From assembly GCF_009914755.1 (NCBI RefSeq), contig NC_060931.1: a stretch of DNA of 64,000 nt; one strand, 5' to 3'. The translations under genes were made by a program, and so were the position numbers. Each line of letters opens with the position of its first letter. Positions within the stretch are counted from its first letter, which is position 1. Positions 18,891 to 34,500 of this stretch are shown one piece after another. Source of the stretch: the human T2T-CHM13v2.0 reference genome, Homo sapiens. Below the pieces are notes generated by a model, which saw nothing but the letters and a program-made list of their open reading frames with translations, was not told where the DNA came from and did not search any database.

Positions 18891-21800
18891 CAAAGATTTC
18901 AAATAGGGAACATTTTTAAATTATGATTATATATCAGAAAAAGCTAATAAAGAAACCTAAAGAGACTTATCAATGTTGACATTCTAATACATATCTTCTA
19001 TAAACACTGAGGATTCCCCCGCCATTTAAATTTTCAGAGAAAATAACATGTTTTAAAGTCTCCAAGCCATTCAACTAGAACGAGAATCAATTCTCTATTA
19101 TACAATCCAAATTAAGCACAGTTAAAGTTACTTCTCATGTTAAATTGTAATTTTTATATTCAAGACTCAACTAAACTCAAATACAGTACTTACCAAAATA
19201 ATAAAGTGTTTCTACAGAAATCTGTATACTTCCTATCCAGACTTCCCATCATACAATTGTGGATCATGTTTTAAAAATTCACAGAGGGATATTTGCTGAG
19301 CCCTGAATGTCATGGTGATAATAGGATATTATTCTCTGTGTAAATCTACCTTCCTCACAGCAAAATGTCTCTAATCTAATTGTGTGACTTCAGGCAATCC
19401 TCGGGTTGCTCTAGCCTCTTGCACATCCTGTTCATAATAGGGATAGCAAGGTGGCCTACTTCTTTCCCCGTAATAATTTATTATTAATGATAGGACCATC
19501 ATGAAACATTGTGGGCTTCATTGATGAATGTGTTATGTCATTTCACAACAATTATTGAAGCATCATTCTTATGTCAGACATTGGGAAGAGTACAAAGGAA
19601 AAGTTTGTTGAGGAGACTACCCTCCAACAAGCGCTAGTCTCCTGGGAAAGGCAAGCGTGTATTTTGAAAGGTAACATGATGCAGAATGCATTACGAGCTG
19701 TCACAGGAGTATTAGGGCAATAAAATTATCTGTTTGGTACTTTAGATTTAAAAAGAAAAAATTCTTTCACATACAGCATCTCATTTAATATTTACACCAT
19801 TCCCAAACAAACAATGCTTCTTAAACATACTCAAAGGGAATGTAAATTTCAACTAACGATTAAGGAAAGAACAGGAGTAGCTCAAGGAAGACCTCATGAC
19901 AAGAACATGAAGGATAAATTATTTTAAAATCGGATGAATATTTGCATAAGTGTAAAATGTAGTAAACTCTAATGATCCTCAAAACTAGCACTGTTGCCTT
20001 TTCACCCGAAGGTGGGATCTCCTGCTCTTTGGTTTGTGATGACCTTAAATCGTCTTTATTCCTAAAGAAAACCACATAAATTCTATCCCAGGATGGTTTA
20101 CTCAATCTCATTCTTTGTCAAAAGGTCAAGAAAATAGAAACTTTCGTTCAATATTGTCAAAGAAAGAAAATACTGAAATCCATTATACAGTTGTGGTCAT
20201 CCTTAATATTTAGGAACATAGCAAGCACAAACTTTTTAAGAATAACATGGATATGATATTAAATGAAAAGATGACATTCTGCTAGAAATTCATGAATAGT
20301 TACTGCTTTTATTCTGAAAAAAAATGTTGATATACCTCATGTCATCGGGAGTTTTATACTTTCGTTCCACTTCACTGAAAATAACAAGGTAATCTTATGT
20401 GGTTCCTCCAAATTGGAAACCACTTCACATAATATATTGACCAAAAACATTCCCTCTATAAGTTTAAAACTGTCTTCTTTCTTGAAGACAATCTTTGCTT
20501 AATGGCTTTGCATAGAGGTAACTCCAATTCAAGGTAACTTGCATGCAGCCCAAGTATTGCAATATAAATAAAATACACTGGACAGAGAATCAGGAGATGT
20601 GAGGTCTGCCCCAAATGGTTGTATTGACTAGCAAGTCACTCCTGTTATTTAGGTCTCAGTTATGCCATCTATCAAATGAAAGAATATTTCTTAAAAAGAC
20701 TTTTGTTTTTTCTTGAAAATTTGTGTTTAAAACACTCATTTGTGATAGACATATCTACATACACACATTGCATACAAATATACCCAATAAAATAAATTCC
20801 CATATTTTTTCACTAAATCACCATGGATCATTTTTCCTACTTCATCAAAATTTCATCTAGTCAATAATGTTTCTTGACCTGGGGGACCATTTTTAATTGA
20901 CACTGGCCAAAGTGTCATTTTTCCTGTTTGTTTGAAGCTCATAATAAAATTTCCCAAAACATCAATTTTCATGTGGATTTCTCCATAAGAGAAACATCAG
21001 GTAAAAAGTAGGGAAGGCAGAGCAGGAACTGAAAGCAACTCATGTGAACCATAAATTTTTGTTTACAGCACATGAGGTATCATCCAATTGCTTCATAAGC
21101 CATCATTAGAGTAAAAGTTGAAGATAAGGAACAACAATAAAGTTTTGCTGAAGGGCTGGAAAAAACATTTAGCTTTATTTCTTTTCACATTTTTTTTTCA
21201 GATTGCTAATATAAAGAGTCAACTTTTGAACCTTAAGCCATTTTTAGACCAGCCCTAAAAGAAGCAATAACAACAACTAAATCACTTCATGGACCATTTT
21301 GTTTTTCTCCATCCTAGGTGTATGATTTTCCTTTCCTGCAATGTTTCCACTCACCAGGAAGTATCATCTCTAGGAGGACCATTCAGCATAGATGAATAGA
21401 GATGCAGCAGCTTAGATGACACTATTTTACCCACCATCAATGACAAATATTCCCCAAACCCTAAACTGTGCCCTTGTTGTAACCTCACATCCATCTGACC
21501 CCATACGCTGAGAGGCTTTCAAAGAGCTCATTGGATGCAATATTTGGGCAAAATTGAAAGGAATCTTAGAGATTACTTAGTCAAAGCTTGAAATCTATTT
21601 TTTAAAGTAACGTAACAATTTCTTAAACAACATTATATTAAGAATTAAAATATTTAAATCTGATAAAAGTGGAGTCGCTTTGATTGAATTCAGATGTGGA
21701 AAACCTTGATAATCATCTGTATAATCCTCTTTTTCTTCTCTTCCCCTTCCTCAACCTATTGTACTCATTTGTTAAATGAGAAAGCTAGTGTGATATTTCT

Positions 21801-24129
21801 ATCCATGTAATAGAAAGTTTATATAATAGATTTATAATTATCTGTTGATATATAGCTTATAATTTCTATATAATAGAAATTATATAATAAGTTTCTGTAC
21901 TTACAGACTGTACACTCAGTAATGATAAAGAACAAAAATTCTACCCACTCTACTGAACCAAATGAGGGTATGAGCAATTGTCTGTAGTCACGGCATTCAC
22001 AACCATTGCAGTTTATTAGTTTGAAATGTTTTTATGAAAATTATGTACCCCATTATGAGAGGTAAAAGTAATGAGACTGTTAAAACTGCAAGTAGGAAAA
22101 TACATATGACTATCAGAGAAAAGAGATGTGAAATAATTGTAAGTGCTGAGAGAAGTGATGAATTTTGCAATGCATATATTAGATTAAGTTTTGGAGAGCT
22201 TAGTTAATTCTCAAGGCAAGGCAAGGGATTGCCTGATACAGTGTGGGACAGGCCTATGAAATTGTACAGATGTGCTTGTGCATTAAGAGACAAGAAAAGC
22301 AACTGAAAAAAAGGGAGAAACTTTAGAGTATGTGGCTACAGAATCAGTATTAGTTCTGACGCCTGTTAACCAGGTGTTAATTCCAAAAAAAGGTTAGGAT
22401 TAACGTTAAGAATTTAAAATCTACTCTCAGTAAAAATATTACTCCTGAGACTTTTGTTCCAAGCCACTGATGATCCATTGGTTTCAAAGCCCATTAGAAT
22501 CTGAACACAATTAAAGTGAGCATCCAGGTTGTGAAGGAGAATATAACTGCTGAGAAATTCCTCACAGCATTTGCCGGGCATATCAAAGGTAATTGCATCT
22601 CAGCAGATATTTGTTGTGGAAAAATTGGTCTATTTGGGGAGAAAATAATATTCTCATTTTACCACTTTATGTTTTTAGTGGAAATGATAGGATTGTTGGC
22701 ACAAACTCCTCTCAGTCTCTTAGGACTTAGGAGCAAAGGGATATATGAATAGCTTTTTAGAGGCCAGTTCATTCATATCTAGAGACCCAGTTTGCTCTAT
22801 GTAATGAACAACTAAACTTCTCAGTAACACCACAAGTTTCTTATCATGAATGAGTTGGCCTATTTGGAGGGCACTACACTTAAATTTTTATTTTCCTTTA
22901 GAGATATAATATGATTGAGAGAATGATGTCTAGTCACAGTGCCCCTCATTATCATCAGAACTTCTAGAGTTATTTCAGAGTTCCAATATTGTTTTTAATC
23001 TTCTAATTTAAAAGTACAACATAAAAATAAATTGTATTGTGTTTCAAGTAATAAAATCTATACCCATCAGCTAAATGCGCAAAATTCTCCCTGTAAAGCT
23101 AATTAACTAGATAAAAGGTTCATATCAGCCTTTTAGCAGTTCCTGTCTCTAAGGGCCTAACTCAGTAATTAATTATGTTTCTGGGAGTCTCTGAAAACAC
23201 TTTTCCAGCTTCATGGGTCTTTAGAAATGAAGCATCTTGCACATCATCCAAAATATCTTAATCTCTCAATCTGTTTAGAGTCCAGTCAAGTTCCTACAAG
23301 GAGCAGAGTTAAATGTCCTTGGAATGAAGCCTGTGTATTCTCATCACTTAAGCAGTCATTTACCTCAGGATACAGAGAACAGCAGTTGAATTTTTAATCA
23401 ACTTTTATTTTTAAAGCGTTATTAACATTAGCCTGATCATCTGAGTTCACCTTAGCATGCTAGCTTGGTTGAAATCAGAGAAAGTAATGAAGTATGAGTT
23501 AAGCACTGAAGGAAGTTTACAGGAAAAATGTATAATACTACACAGATGTGTTGTTTAACAGGCCACACATTGGTTCCTATTAATGTTCCAGATGTTAGCT
23601 AAGAGGTGTATGGATATGTCATGGTGGCCAGAACTCTTGGGCATCATCACCTGCTATACGATCATGTTAATTTTATTCCTCTCTTAAGGAAAATACCTTG
23701 GCAATTTAAGACCTCCCAAGAGAGGTGACATTTTACCAGCTAGAACCCTAATTGAACAAGACTTGCTGAGAGCAAGAACCTAAAGGATGCATGCAGAGAC
23801 AGGGTATAGAGGAATTGGCACCCAGGAGAAAAGGCTAAGATCATCTTTCCCACTAAATCATTTGGCTAGCTTCCTACCTGGAGCTTATCCTCTAACCCCC
23901 AATTTTCCAGACTAGACAGCTTTTTAAAAAGTCCTTGAAGGAAAGTAGACTATAAATCATCTATAAGCACGATCAGAAGATGTACAGAGAAGACACCGAT
24001 TCTTCATAAGCCTATGCCTTAGAGTTAGCACCCCCAATTTAATGGCTCTGTTGCGGTCACAGTCTGAATGTACTCACCTCCTGTATATGCAGTCTCCAGT
24101 GATGGATTTGAAAATCCTTCAAGCTATTC

Positions 24130-24369
24130 TTTTTTCTTTAATTTTATTTTTCCATAAGTTATTGGGGTACCGGTGGTATTTGGTAAGTTCTTTAGTGGAG
24201 ATCTGTGAGAACCTGGTACACCCAACACTCCAGCAGTAGACACTGCACCATATTTGTTGTCTTTTATCTCTCGCCCTCTCCCACTCTTCCTCCCAAGTCC
24301 CCAGAGTCCAGTGTATCATTCTTATGCCTTTGCATCCTCATAGCTTAGCTCCCATATATCAATGAGAAC
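24130..24369 (-). mobile_element. L1PB 3' end fragment
   Basis: tccataagttattggggtac...tatcattcttatgcctttgcatcctcatagcttagctccca typical of the L1PB 3'UTR. Confidence 0.8.
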
Positions 24370-26189
24370 TAAAAACCAAGGGTAACATAAACTTCAAAAA
24401 AAGACTACTAGAGGATGTGGTAGACAATATCAGAAGAAATACACTCTCTTGAAGATATAAAGCTAACTGCCATGGACTTTTTTAAATGAGGCTTTCTTCA
24501 CTTTTTCTTGGAATTTTATAGTGTCACTCTAACAAAGCTGAAGAGGGTCGAAATTGTTAATTACACATTTTCTTTAATTACAGGCTCCTTTGCTATATTT
24601 ACCAAATAGCTAGTAGCCCTGAGGGTGGAGTTAGGCTCTTTAAAGTCATGTTTTAATCTCTTTATAATTGCAATTTGATTGCTGGTGTAAATTATCTAGT
24701 AGGCTTGCCACTTTCAGCGCCAGTCATTTCCCAGAGTGCATAATTTTGAATTAAAAGGCTGATATCCATCCAAAAGTTTCCCAGAATGTTTCATGGGCTC
24801 AGTGAATTATGCATTAAACAGAATTCTTTAAAAAGAAGGCAAGAAGTTTCTTTGATGTCAGCTGGGTTTTTCATCATATTATGGACTATTAATTTCTAGA
24901 CTCTTTTAACGGTAGTTTCTTGAAATCTATGTTCAATTTAGGACTTATTACTGATCTTTCTCTAACCTTTATATTTTATTTTAACAGCATCATATGTCAC
25001 CCTGAACATGGCAGGTTCTGGCAGAAACCTGGTGGTTAATTTCTTAGGGGGAAAAGGAGGGGGAACGGGAAAAAGAACAATTTGCGTCAAATGCACCATC
25101 TGCTGGACAGAACACGTATCTACTTACAGGAGCTTGCCTTCACATTAGGAAAATGCTTTAGAAACCTCATGAGGACAAAACCAATGAAAGGGCTGAGATA
25201 CACATATGGAAGCTCATCTATGGATACCTCTACATCATATTCAAATGCCAATGTCCCCCTTTGATGATTTTGTCAAGCCATGAAAGAGATAACCTTTGAC
25301 TGGTATGTTTGATTTTGAGCTATGTTCCCTTTGCAAATGTAACCCTATAGATTGTTAAGGAAATAAATACCATTCCCCCAACTTATACAAAAGAAAGTAA
25401 GGGTAGTCAAGTTTCTACCATCATATGCAAATACAAATTCTGGGGAAATTATTTACATTATACACAATTTCATATTACTATTCTCCTTTTATATTTTCAG
25501 TACACAAAGCACTTCGAAATTAGTCACAGGCTGTGTTTTACTACACCCTTATAGATTAAGTGAACATATACTTTATCATCCAACCCAGCCACTTATGAGA
25601 GTGAAAAGAAGCACTATGAATAACTATGCCAGAACATGCACAGACTAGTATTTTCTTGGGCAAACCAGACTTTATCCTGTCTCCTTGTTTTATGTCTCTT
25701 TATTTATAGGTAATCAAATATCAGAAACAGAAATCATCTCTTAGTCTATCCTACTGCCAACTCATGTTACAGAAGAACAAACATAAAAAGATGAAATGAT
25801 TCAGTGTAGTAGAAAGATTCCAGACTGGGGCAGTGAGGAGTAAGATGTGGTTTTCATTGCAAATATGCTCAGCATTGAGATTATTTGACTCTATTATTCG
25901 TATAATAATTCATTCATGGTTAAGTACCATAAGAATGGCCAGGTAAAGTTTCATGAGTACCTGGAAGGTATAAGTCATTCTAGCTAAAAGAATACATTGT
26001 TTCATGGAGAAGGTGGCCTCTGAATTAAGCATTGACAGAGAGGTAGCATTTGCAGAGTAGGCACTCCAGCCAAGGCAGAAGCATTCAGAAATTAAATGGG
26101 TAAACAAAGAAAAATATAGTGCTTCCCCATCCAGTGGCTATTATTGCCTTTCAACAAACATTCCTTGAAGCTTACTAAGCGACAAGCAC

Positions 26190-26675
26190 TTTTTTTTTAA
26201 CCTTTATTTTAGGTTCAAGGGTACATGTGCAGATTTATTACATAGGTAAATTGCATGTCACAGGGATTTGGCATACAGATTATTTCATCACCCAGGTAAT
26301 AAGCATAGTACTCAATAGGTAGTTTTTTGATCCTCTTCCTCCTCCCAGCATCCACCCTCAAGTAGGCCCAGTACCTGTTGTTTTCTTCTTTGTGTTCTAT
26401 ATGTACTCAATGTTTAGCTCCCACTTGCAAGTGAGAACATGCATATTTGGTTTTCTGTTTCTGCAGCAGTTTGCTTAGCATAATTGCCTCCACCTCCATC
26501 CATATTACTGCAAAGGATATGATCTCGTTCCTTTTTATGACTGTGTAGTATTCCATTATGTATATGTACCACATTTTCTTTATCCAGTCTACTGTTGATG
26601 GGCATTTTGGTTGATTCCATGTCTTTGCTGTTGTGAATAGTGCTGCGATGAACATATGCTTGCATGTGCCTTTAT
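26190..26675 (-). mobile_element. L1PA (about L1PA15/16) 3' fragment
   Basis: T tail, 3'UTR and ORF2 C-terminus (MFIAALFTTAKTWNQPKCPSTVDWIKKMWYIY). Confidence 0.88.
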
Positions 26676-28294
26676 GCTACTCCAGACATCAATTCCTACC
26701 TTCAAGAATTTACAGCCTAATAAGCAGTAAGATTTACGAGTCTGTATTTGAAAGGCCATTTCTGAATTAGAGATAAGTGTGGGAATTAGCAGTGTATTTA
26801 AACTGACAGGAAATAGATTAAGATCATTCAGGGAAAAGATGAAGAAAGAGAAAAAGGCACAGAACAGAACCCTGAGGTTCTCCATATTTAGAAGTAAGAG
26901 CAAGAAATTCTCAGCCAAGGAAACTGAAAAAAACAGTTGGTATGGTAAGAGTAAAATGAAAAGAAAAATAATCTTGTTATTTTCTCCGATTTGGGAATAT
27001 GGGCAGAGCTTAGGGGAAATGAAGCTTGTCAAGGTGTAGATCAGATTTAACTTTAAGCTTCTTCATTATCCAATAATTATCACAATAATTTAAAAATTAT
27101 AAATAGCTTTCTCCAAGAAACCTTAAATGCTTTACATGTCCCTTCTAATGTTATCTCCCTAGAATTGTTATTAAATTATAAAATGATACATTATTGAAAG
27201 TTAAGCAAAAACACCATTATCATCTCTGCTGTATTCAGTTTTAGATTTCCTGTAGGGAAATACTCAGTTCTCCCTTTTCACTTCAATGAGGCGGATCAAA
27301 GCCGAGCTACAATTCCAATCTTATTTATGAATATAAAATTAACTCAAAATATAGCTCATTTTCTCCAGTTACATCCTATATAGGGTACTCTGTTTTGTTG
27401 TCCATTATTTTTTAAATGAATGCTATTCAATGAGCTGTTTAGGGCTAGCTTTTGATCATTTTTCATGTTAACTATTATGGAAAATTTAAAGTACAACTAA
27501 GGCTGAAGGTCAGTGCAAAGAAGAGAAAATATTTCTCAGATTTTCTGAGGCTTGTCAAGTCTCAGCTGTCATCTGGTTGGGTTTTGGAACTCATTTATCC
27601 TTGCAGTAATATTAAAGCACATACTACATGTGAGGCCCTATACCTTCTAGCCTACATTAAAGCTAGAAAGGTTTCAGCTCTGCCTTCATGGAAGTTACAA
27701 TCTGTTAGAGAATGCACATGAGTAAATGAAATTATCAATACAACACCACTAAATCTATCCAGAAGCAACTTATACCACAAAAGCAACTACCTGAGGTGCA
27801 ATCTAGAGGCAGAAAGAGAATTTGAATCTACTGCAGTAGATCAATGCAATACATGCACACACACATGCACACATATATACAACATACGCTGAGCCTACCT
27901 CCTTAGACATTATCTTATGTTGCAGACCAGAGCATTCCTTCTTGTCTGGATCACTGCTTTGTGTGGTAACAAGAAAAATGAATTCCTTCTCAAACGATCC
28001 ATCTATAGAAATCCTCACATCACACTGCGTTCATCTATTTTGCCTGAAAGACCAGCTCTGCTTGTCATTGCTAGTTGTTCATTCATAATGCAATTAGTAA
28101 TATGCTTAGTATGTGCCTCTTATTGTGCTATATATTGATGATAAATAAAACATGGTCTCTACCTTCAAGCCAACTAAATCAACATGTGATAATGACTATA
28201 GTACATGAACTCACTTAGGGCCTACTGAAGTACCAGGAACAAATACATAAATTAGACTGGGGATCTAAGAATTGGAGTAAGGTAGAATAGAACA

Positions 28295-28505
28295 CACCAT
28301 AGTTAAGAACACAAGTGCTGGAGTCATGTAGACCTGAGTTTGATTCTGAGACTTTCACTTACTAGTCACATGGCTCCACCTTTTCTATGCTCAGTTTTCC
28401 CATCTGTAAAATATCAGTAAGAACCCATTTCATTGGGTTAAGCTAAATGAGATGATGTATGTAAAGCACAAGCACTGATACATAGTAGGTACTCAAGTAG
28501 ATGCA
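28295..28505 (+). mobile_element. MIR
   Basis: gttaagaacac...ctcagttttcccatctgtaaaat...aaatgagatgatgtatgtaaagcac...catagtaggtactcaa. Confidence 0.75.
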
Positions 28506-31500
28506 TATGCAGCAATAATCATACATATACCTTATGATTTATTCCTTATGTGATTAGAAGGAACAATTGGGAAAGTATCCAGTAGACTAAAGATATTATT
28601 AAGTAAAAAATAAAAGTGCATATATACCAAATGTGTCAATACCCAGCAGATACCTATAGTCTTAGTTACTTCCTAGCAAAATTCCCCAAATTCCCAAAAT
28701 TCAAGAAAGTAAATACAACAATTAGCAAGGGAAGAGAAATATCTGATCCAACAATGCCACACGATGTGGGCCAATTTCCTGGACATGCAGATGTACGCTG
28801 TTGACCTTAAACTTCTTTTCTGGGTTCCAAATTTCAACCTCCCTCATCAGATCTCTAATCAGAAGTGGGCAGAGAGGCCTCATATCTTTTCCAGTTGTCA
28901 AACAGTGAACCTCTAACTTCCATCTCAGACATCTTTATTGTAAGATGAATTCGCTTGTAAAATGTATCCCCACGGAGTCCTGACAGCTCCAACTACTTCA
29001 CTTGAAAGAGTACTTCCCTTTATACTGCAATTATCACAGCCAGAGATGCTTGAAGCCATTTGCTGAATTCATAGGATGAAAATAAAAAAGAAAGAAATAA
29101 CCAACATTGTTTGTATGTCTTTGTGTGTGTGTGGTAAGCCATAAATCTATGGAAAGCAATAGTTTTTCACCTTTCTCCTTAATTCTGCAACAAAGTTTTT
29201 GCAAATTCCTTCCTTCTCAAATCACACATTATCAAGGAAAGCTTTGAAAAAAAGGATTTTACATTTATTCCAATTGATGTCCTAAAACTGTTATTGCTTG
29301 TGCTTGTACTTCAAATGAGTTGCCATATAATGCATTCAATAAGGACAATCATAACTAAAGCCAACAAAAGAAGTGCTCCAAAGACAATTTTGAAACTGTT
29401 TGAAGAAAGGTACTGAAAACTGGCCACTGTAGCAGCAACAATCAGAGATGGAGAGCCCGAGTTGAAACTAATGCCATGCTGCCCAGCAGGCCTAGGGGGA
29501 CAAGCACATCACAATGGCTATGATCAGCAACCAAAGAATGGACTCGTGTCAAAACTGCAATTTCTGCAGTGCAGTTTCTCAGGGGCATTTGATTCAAGAT
29601 GTATGATGTTCTAATCCATGAATGCCAGAATCACAAACCATCTCCTTCTCCTTCAAAACTTGTCCTTCCCTAGTCCTAAATGGGAAAACAGTTGCTACAG
29701 TGAAAATAGTCAAAAATTCTCTTTCCATTTTACAGAAGGTACTGTGAGATCAAAATAAAATGAGAATAGAAGTTGGATATGTAAGGTTGGTGTCTGCCAA
29801 ATTCTAGGTGAACCTAGGTATGGGGAAGACTCCGTGCTACCCTCGAATATATCCTTTCTACCTTTCCAAAAAGCTTCTGTTCCCAGATGGCCACATTGAA
29901 TTCCACTAACTAGAACAAAGCTTTCATTTTTGATGGTATGAATTCAGACTTTTACAAATTGAACCCATACTTGACCTCTTACAGTGATTTAAGTTTATAC
30001 TCTGGTCTCTATAATCAATTATCACACTGTAGTTTGTGGGCAGCTTTTGATGTAGAGAAGGCATCTGGCTCATAGCATATAGAAAGGATGTCAATATTGT
30101 GGAAAAGGAGACTGGATATTCGAAAACCAAATATCGAATGGTTTTGCCTAGAAATAGCTGTGAGTGTGTCTTTTCATGGTTGGAATAGCCCATACTTGCA
30201 TTTACAACAGACAGGGTGCACTCTTTGACTTCCATCAGGATCTTGGATCACAGTGCTTGGGTAGAGAGGTGAGAGGACATTACTGTTACCTCTAGGTCAT
30301 TATTTTTAAAGAGATAATAGAACTGAGTACCTTAGCTTATTTCAAATAAATGCAGCAGGTAGTACATATTGAGTACCTTATATAAGTGGACAATTTACTT
30401 CACTTACAAATGTTTTTCAGTTTTCTGATGAAAGCTTTGTAGTATTAACCCCAAAGGTACTGGGTCCCTTTAGAGTGTTATGATAATATTTATAGCACAA
30501 TGTATTATATCTTTATAAAAATGGCATTAACTTAGAATATCAGCTGATATTTAGGGAGGCTCCTTGCCTTCAGTCTCATATTAATCATTCCTCCAGCACA
30601 CATTTATTAAATGCTAGGCATTAGAGTTAAAATTAACAACACAAAATCCCTGCTATCAAAAATCTTTTATGTTCCCTGAGAGGAAAAAAAACAGGAATAG
30701 AAAAGCATGTTCAAGCTTCTTGAGACTGGCAACAAAGTAAATGCTTCCAGCCTCCCAGGCTCTTCCCCTTCAACGTCACCCAGTGCCCATCTTCCAGCAG
30801 AGATGACCCCCAAGGTGGAGAAATGCAAAGTCACAGGTTCTTTCTTTCTTACTTCAAAGCCAAAAATATGTCCTGCAGACAAATTCCAATACTTCTTCAC
30901 TACTTGTAGCTTTTTACTTGTGTGTATGTTTTGACACACCCCTGTAGCAGAGGTAATAGTCACGCAAAACTTGGGGGTGGGGTGGGGCTCAGTTAATTCA
31001 CAAATGACTTGCAAAAGTTATAAGGGGACAATATTGCAGATAATGTGCTCCATGGAAAAAGGCTGAATAAAGGGTTTTTTTTAACTAGAAAGAGAAAGAT
31101 TATGTCATAAACATGTAGTTTAATTTTACTTAGTCTAATTTAGGTAAATGAAGTCTGCAATATAAAGAACTGCTATAGCTCATATAATTCTGTGAACAGA
31201 CCTACACCATTAACTAAAGCTCAGAAAACCAGCTGACTAACAGCACAGTGGTTACACAGTGGTGGAAACAGAGTCACTCACTCACTCATTTATTAACTCT
31301 TTCATTCAATAAACGTTTATTGAATACCCGATAGATGGCAGGTACTCTAGCAGTCAAGCTAAGAGTTATCAAACACTTTCTACATATTAGACACTGGACT
31401 AATCACTTTTAATTTAACATTCACAATAACCCTATGGGTAAACAAGACGCGAAAAATGAAGTGGACAGTACATGGTAAAGCTGAGATTCCAACTCAGGCA

Positions 31501-34500
31501 GTCAGACTCCAGGGGAAAATGATGCGTGACAGCCCCAGCCTTCAAGGAGCTCGCAGTCTAGACAGGGGACCCAGAGCAAATAAACGATTCCTCGAAGGTG
31601 AATCATATTCTGGTGGAGGTGTACAACAAAGGTCCTGAGACCCCAGAAAAGAGATTGTTTATGGTCAAGCATCACTTGTTTACTAGCATTCTTTGTCACC
31701 ACGCTTCCTTAATTTTTCCCTCTCCTCATTTTTACAAGAAAATCAAATTTAAAAATCGTTCCCTTCATAATTTTCTAATTAGTGGGATTTTTCCCCATCT
31801 TCTTTGATATTTGTGAAATAATTACATCTGGCTTAGAGCAACTTTTTTTTTTTTTTGAGAACAGATTTTGTATAAAACATTGTTCAAAGAAGTGAAAATT
31901 CAAATAAGTCATCAAGCAGGTTGATCTGCTTCAGGTGGGGACCAGGCTAACTACAACGCTGATTGTGCCTATGTTGAATAACAGCACAGTGGCACCAGAT
32001 CTTTCTCTCTCTCAAGAGAAAATGACATCTATTTTTTTTTCTTTCAATATTTTACTAAAGCACACTAACGCAGATATTTTGAATATACGGTGCAGGATAA
32101 ACAAAACAATTCTCAGGATGAATTTCACTTATAGCTCCCAGGTTACAATTTCTGTTTGAAAAATAATAAAGTTCTATTTGTGCCTTTAAGGAGTTTACAA
32201 TATAGTGATAAGAAGATAGTAATAATAAGATATACAGAAAAAAATATATAATGTGAGAGAAAGATAGTAAATGCCAGAGAAATGGAATGCGGGATCATGG
32301 TTAGCAATTTCAGCTGAGATACAAGGGCAAGCAGAAGCAATATTTGTGCTGGCCTTGAAGGATGTGAGTGATTTTACAGGTGGTACAGAGAAGAAAGGGC
32401 ATATAAAGCAGAGAACAAGATGAAAAAAAGCACAAGTGGAAAAAAATGCATGTTGCATGTGAGCAAAGAGGAAGGGAGCACTTAGGTTCTGTCATGGATT
32501 GCAAAGGGATAGAGCGAGAGATATGAATGGTGAATGGGAAGTGGGCCAGATTGTGTGGGACTGTGAAATTCATACTTTGTGATACTTTATTATGTAGGAT
32601 GTAGTTCCATGATACACCAATATAGTACATGTTAGATATCTTTTTTAAAAGTAAATCAATTAAAATAAAATTTGATAGTCCAAAAATTGGGAAAGGCTAC
32701 ATACCATATCAATCTCTGGATGATCCTCAAAGCTGACTCACAAAGTAGATTGTCTAAGAACTAACCCCTATTCAGTAACGAAGTTACTGTTTAGCTTTGT
32801 TAATCCAGCTTGTTATATTGCATAATTTTTGTCTTTTCTTAGAATATTGATTTTTATCCTAAGAACAGAAATTTCAGCTAACATCACTAAATGCAACAGG
32901 AGAGCCACTGAGACCTTCATGCAATGAAGTGATGGGATGCTGGTAGCTGTGGTACCTTAGACGTTTTTAGAGAATTGTGAACCAGAAAAGAAGGGGACAG
33001 ACTAGGAACAGAAAATCAGCTGCAAGGCTATCACAATAGCCCATAGAAATAATAATGGCTTCCTATTACACAGCCCTGCCAATATGCTGGACATATTTGA
33101 GGTGCTGTTCATGTTGTATATGTTTTGTAATGAGAACCAAAATTGGGATAATAGCAGCAATCAATATCTAGTTGAGAGGCAAAGATGGACAAGCCAGCAT
33201 CCACCATCCCCATTCTCAGCATCCCAGATTCATCTCCTTTTTTTTTCCTCTTCTCTGTTTTCTACTACCCCTGCTTTTCTTTTGTTGAGTCCCAGTATAT
33301 ATGCCCTACAACTCCAATTTAAAAGAAAACAAACTTGAAATTTGAATGCTGCCACTAAATCACTTTTCAATTATTTGTGCTCTCTGCCCTTTTCAATTAT
33401 AGTGCAGTGCTCTCTGCCCTTTTCTAAAAAGAAATGTTATTAGCTAGAACTAACAGAAATTCAGCGGTTAGCTGTGTGAGGTATTTTTTTTTTTTTTTTT
33501 TTTTTTGGCGGGGGGGGATTAGTGCATGCTGGGGGCTGTGGGATAGGATTTAGTGCCCAAATCCTACTTTCTCCTTTTCTTTTCCCGGGTTCTAAACATG
33601 TAAGGATCAATAGCCAAGCAGAAACAAATTTCAATTCTTGTTAACAACTGAGCTAGTGCCTGATCTTTCCCACCACCCTCCCTTAAAAAGACTTCTCTGA
33701 TATGACAGCTAGATCCCTAGTGTAGGCCAGGAGCCAAGAAAGCTTTGGTTTCCCACAATCTGTGACTAAATGTCTGCATCCTTAGAGCAGATTTCAAGCC
33801 TACTTACCCAGGTGTCCTTATGTATGAGCAGTGAATGGCAGATCTTCCTTCCCCACCTGTTGCAGTGGGGAGAGAGAGCCTGGAGCAGGGGCAGAGCTGC
33901 TGAGGCAAGACCCACTCAGTCTGTATAGCCTAGAGACTGGAAGTGCAAAGGAGCGCATGAAGACGACCAAGGCCAGTTCTGAGAAGCTAGTTCCTCTGTC
34001 AGTCAGCCAGTGAAGGTAGAACTCCTGCCTTATCTTTTAATAGCTATGATTCTGCCCATTAGGGAGGAAGGTTCAGAGAATGTTAGATTCACCAGTCAGA
34101 CCTGCTGCTTCTCTGAGGGGAAGGAAAATAAGATGGTGGGAAAAGAAGGAAGTTAGGAAGCAAAAGTTCCCTTTTCATGGGACTGAGGCTAAAACTTGAT
34201 CTAAGAACAAAAGTATTCCTACTTCTTCAAAGTATATCATTTTAGGAAAGCAAGACAAAGCTCCTGTCCAAAATTCTTTCTGCACTGAGATATCAGATCC
34301 CATCATCAATAGTTTATTTGTGATGACATTTGATATTGTCCTTTGACTATGATATCTTTTAATATGACTGTTCCTGAGGGGGGTAACATATACAGTATGT
34401 AGTACTTGGATGAGAATTTGTTTTGCTTGGGGCTACAAGAGAGGAGTGGGTTTCAGGAACAAGAAGGTAGGCTAAGAAAAAAAGAAAGTGGAAGAGCCTT

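Noticed and set aside
29924-30235. 103-aa minus-strand ATG ORF in apparently unique sequence
   Set aside because: No recognisable homology, splice context or processed-pseudogene hallmarks; length is within chance for 64 kb.
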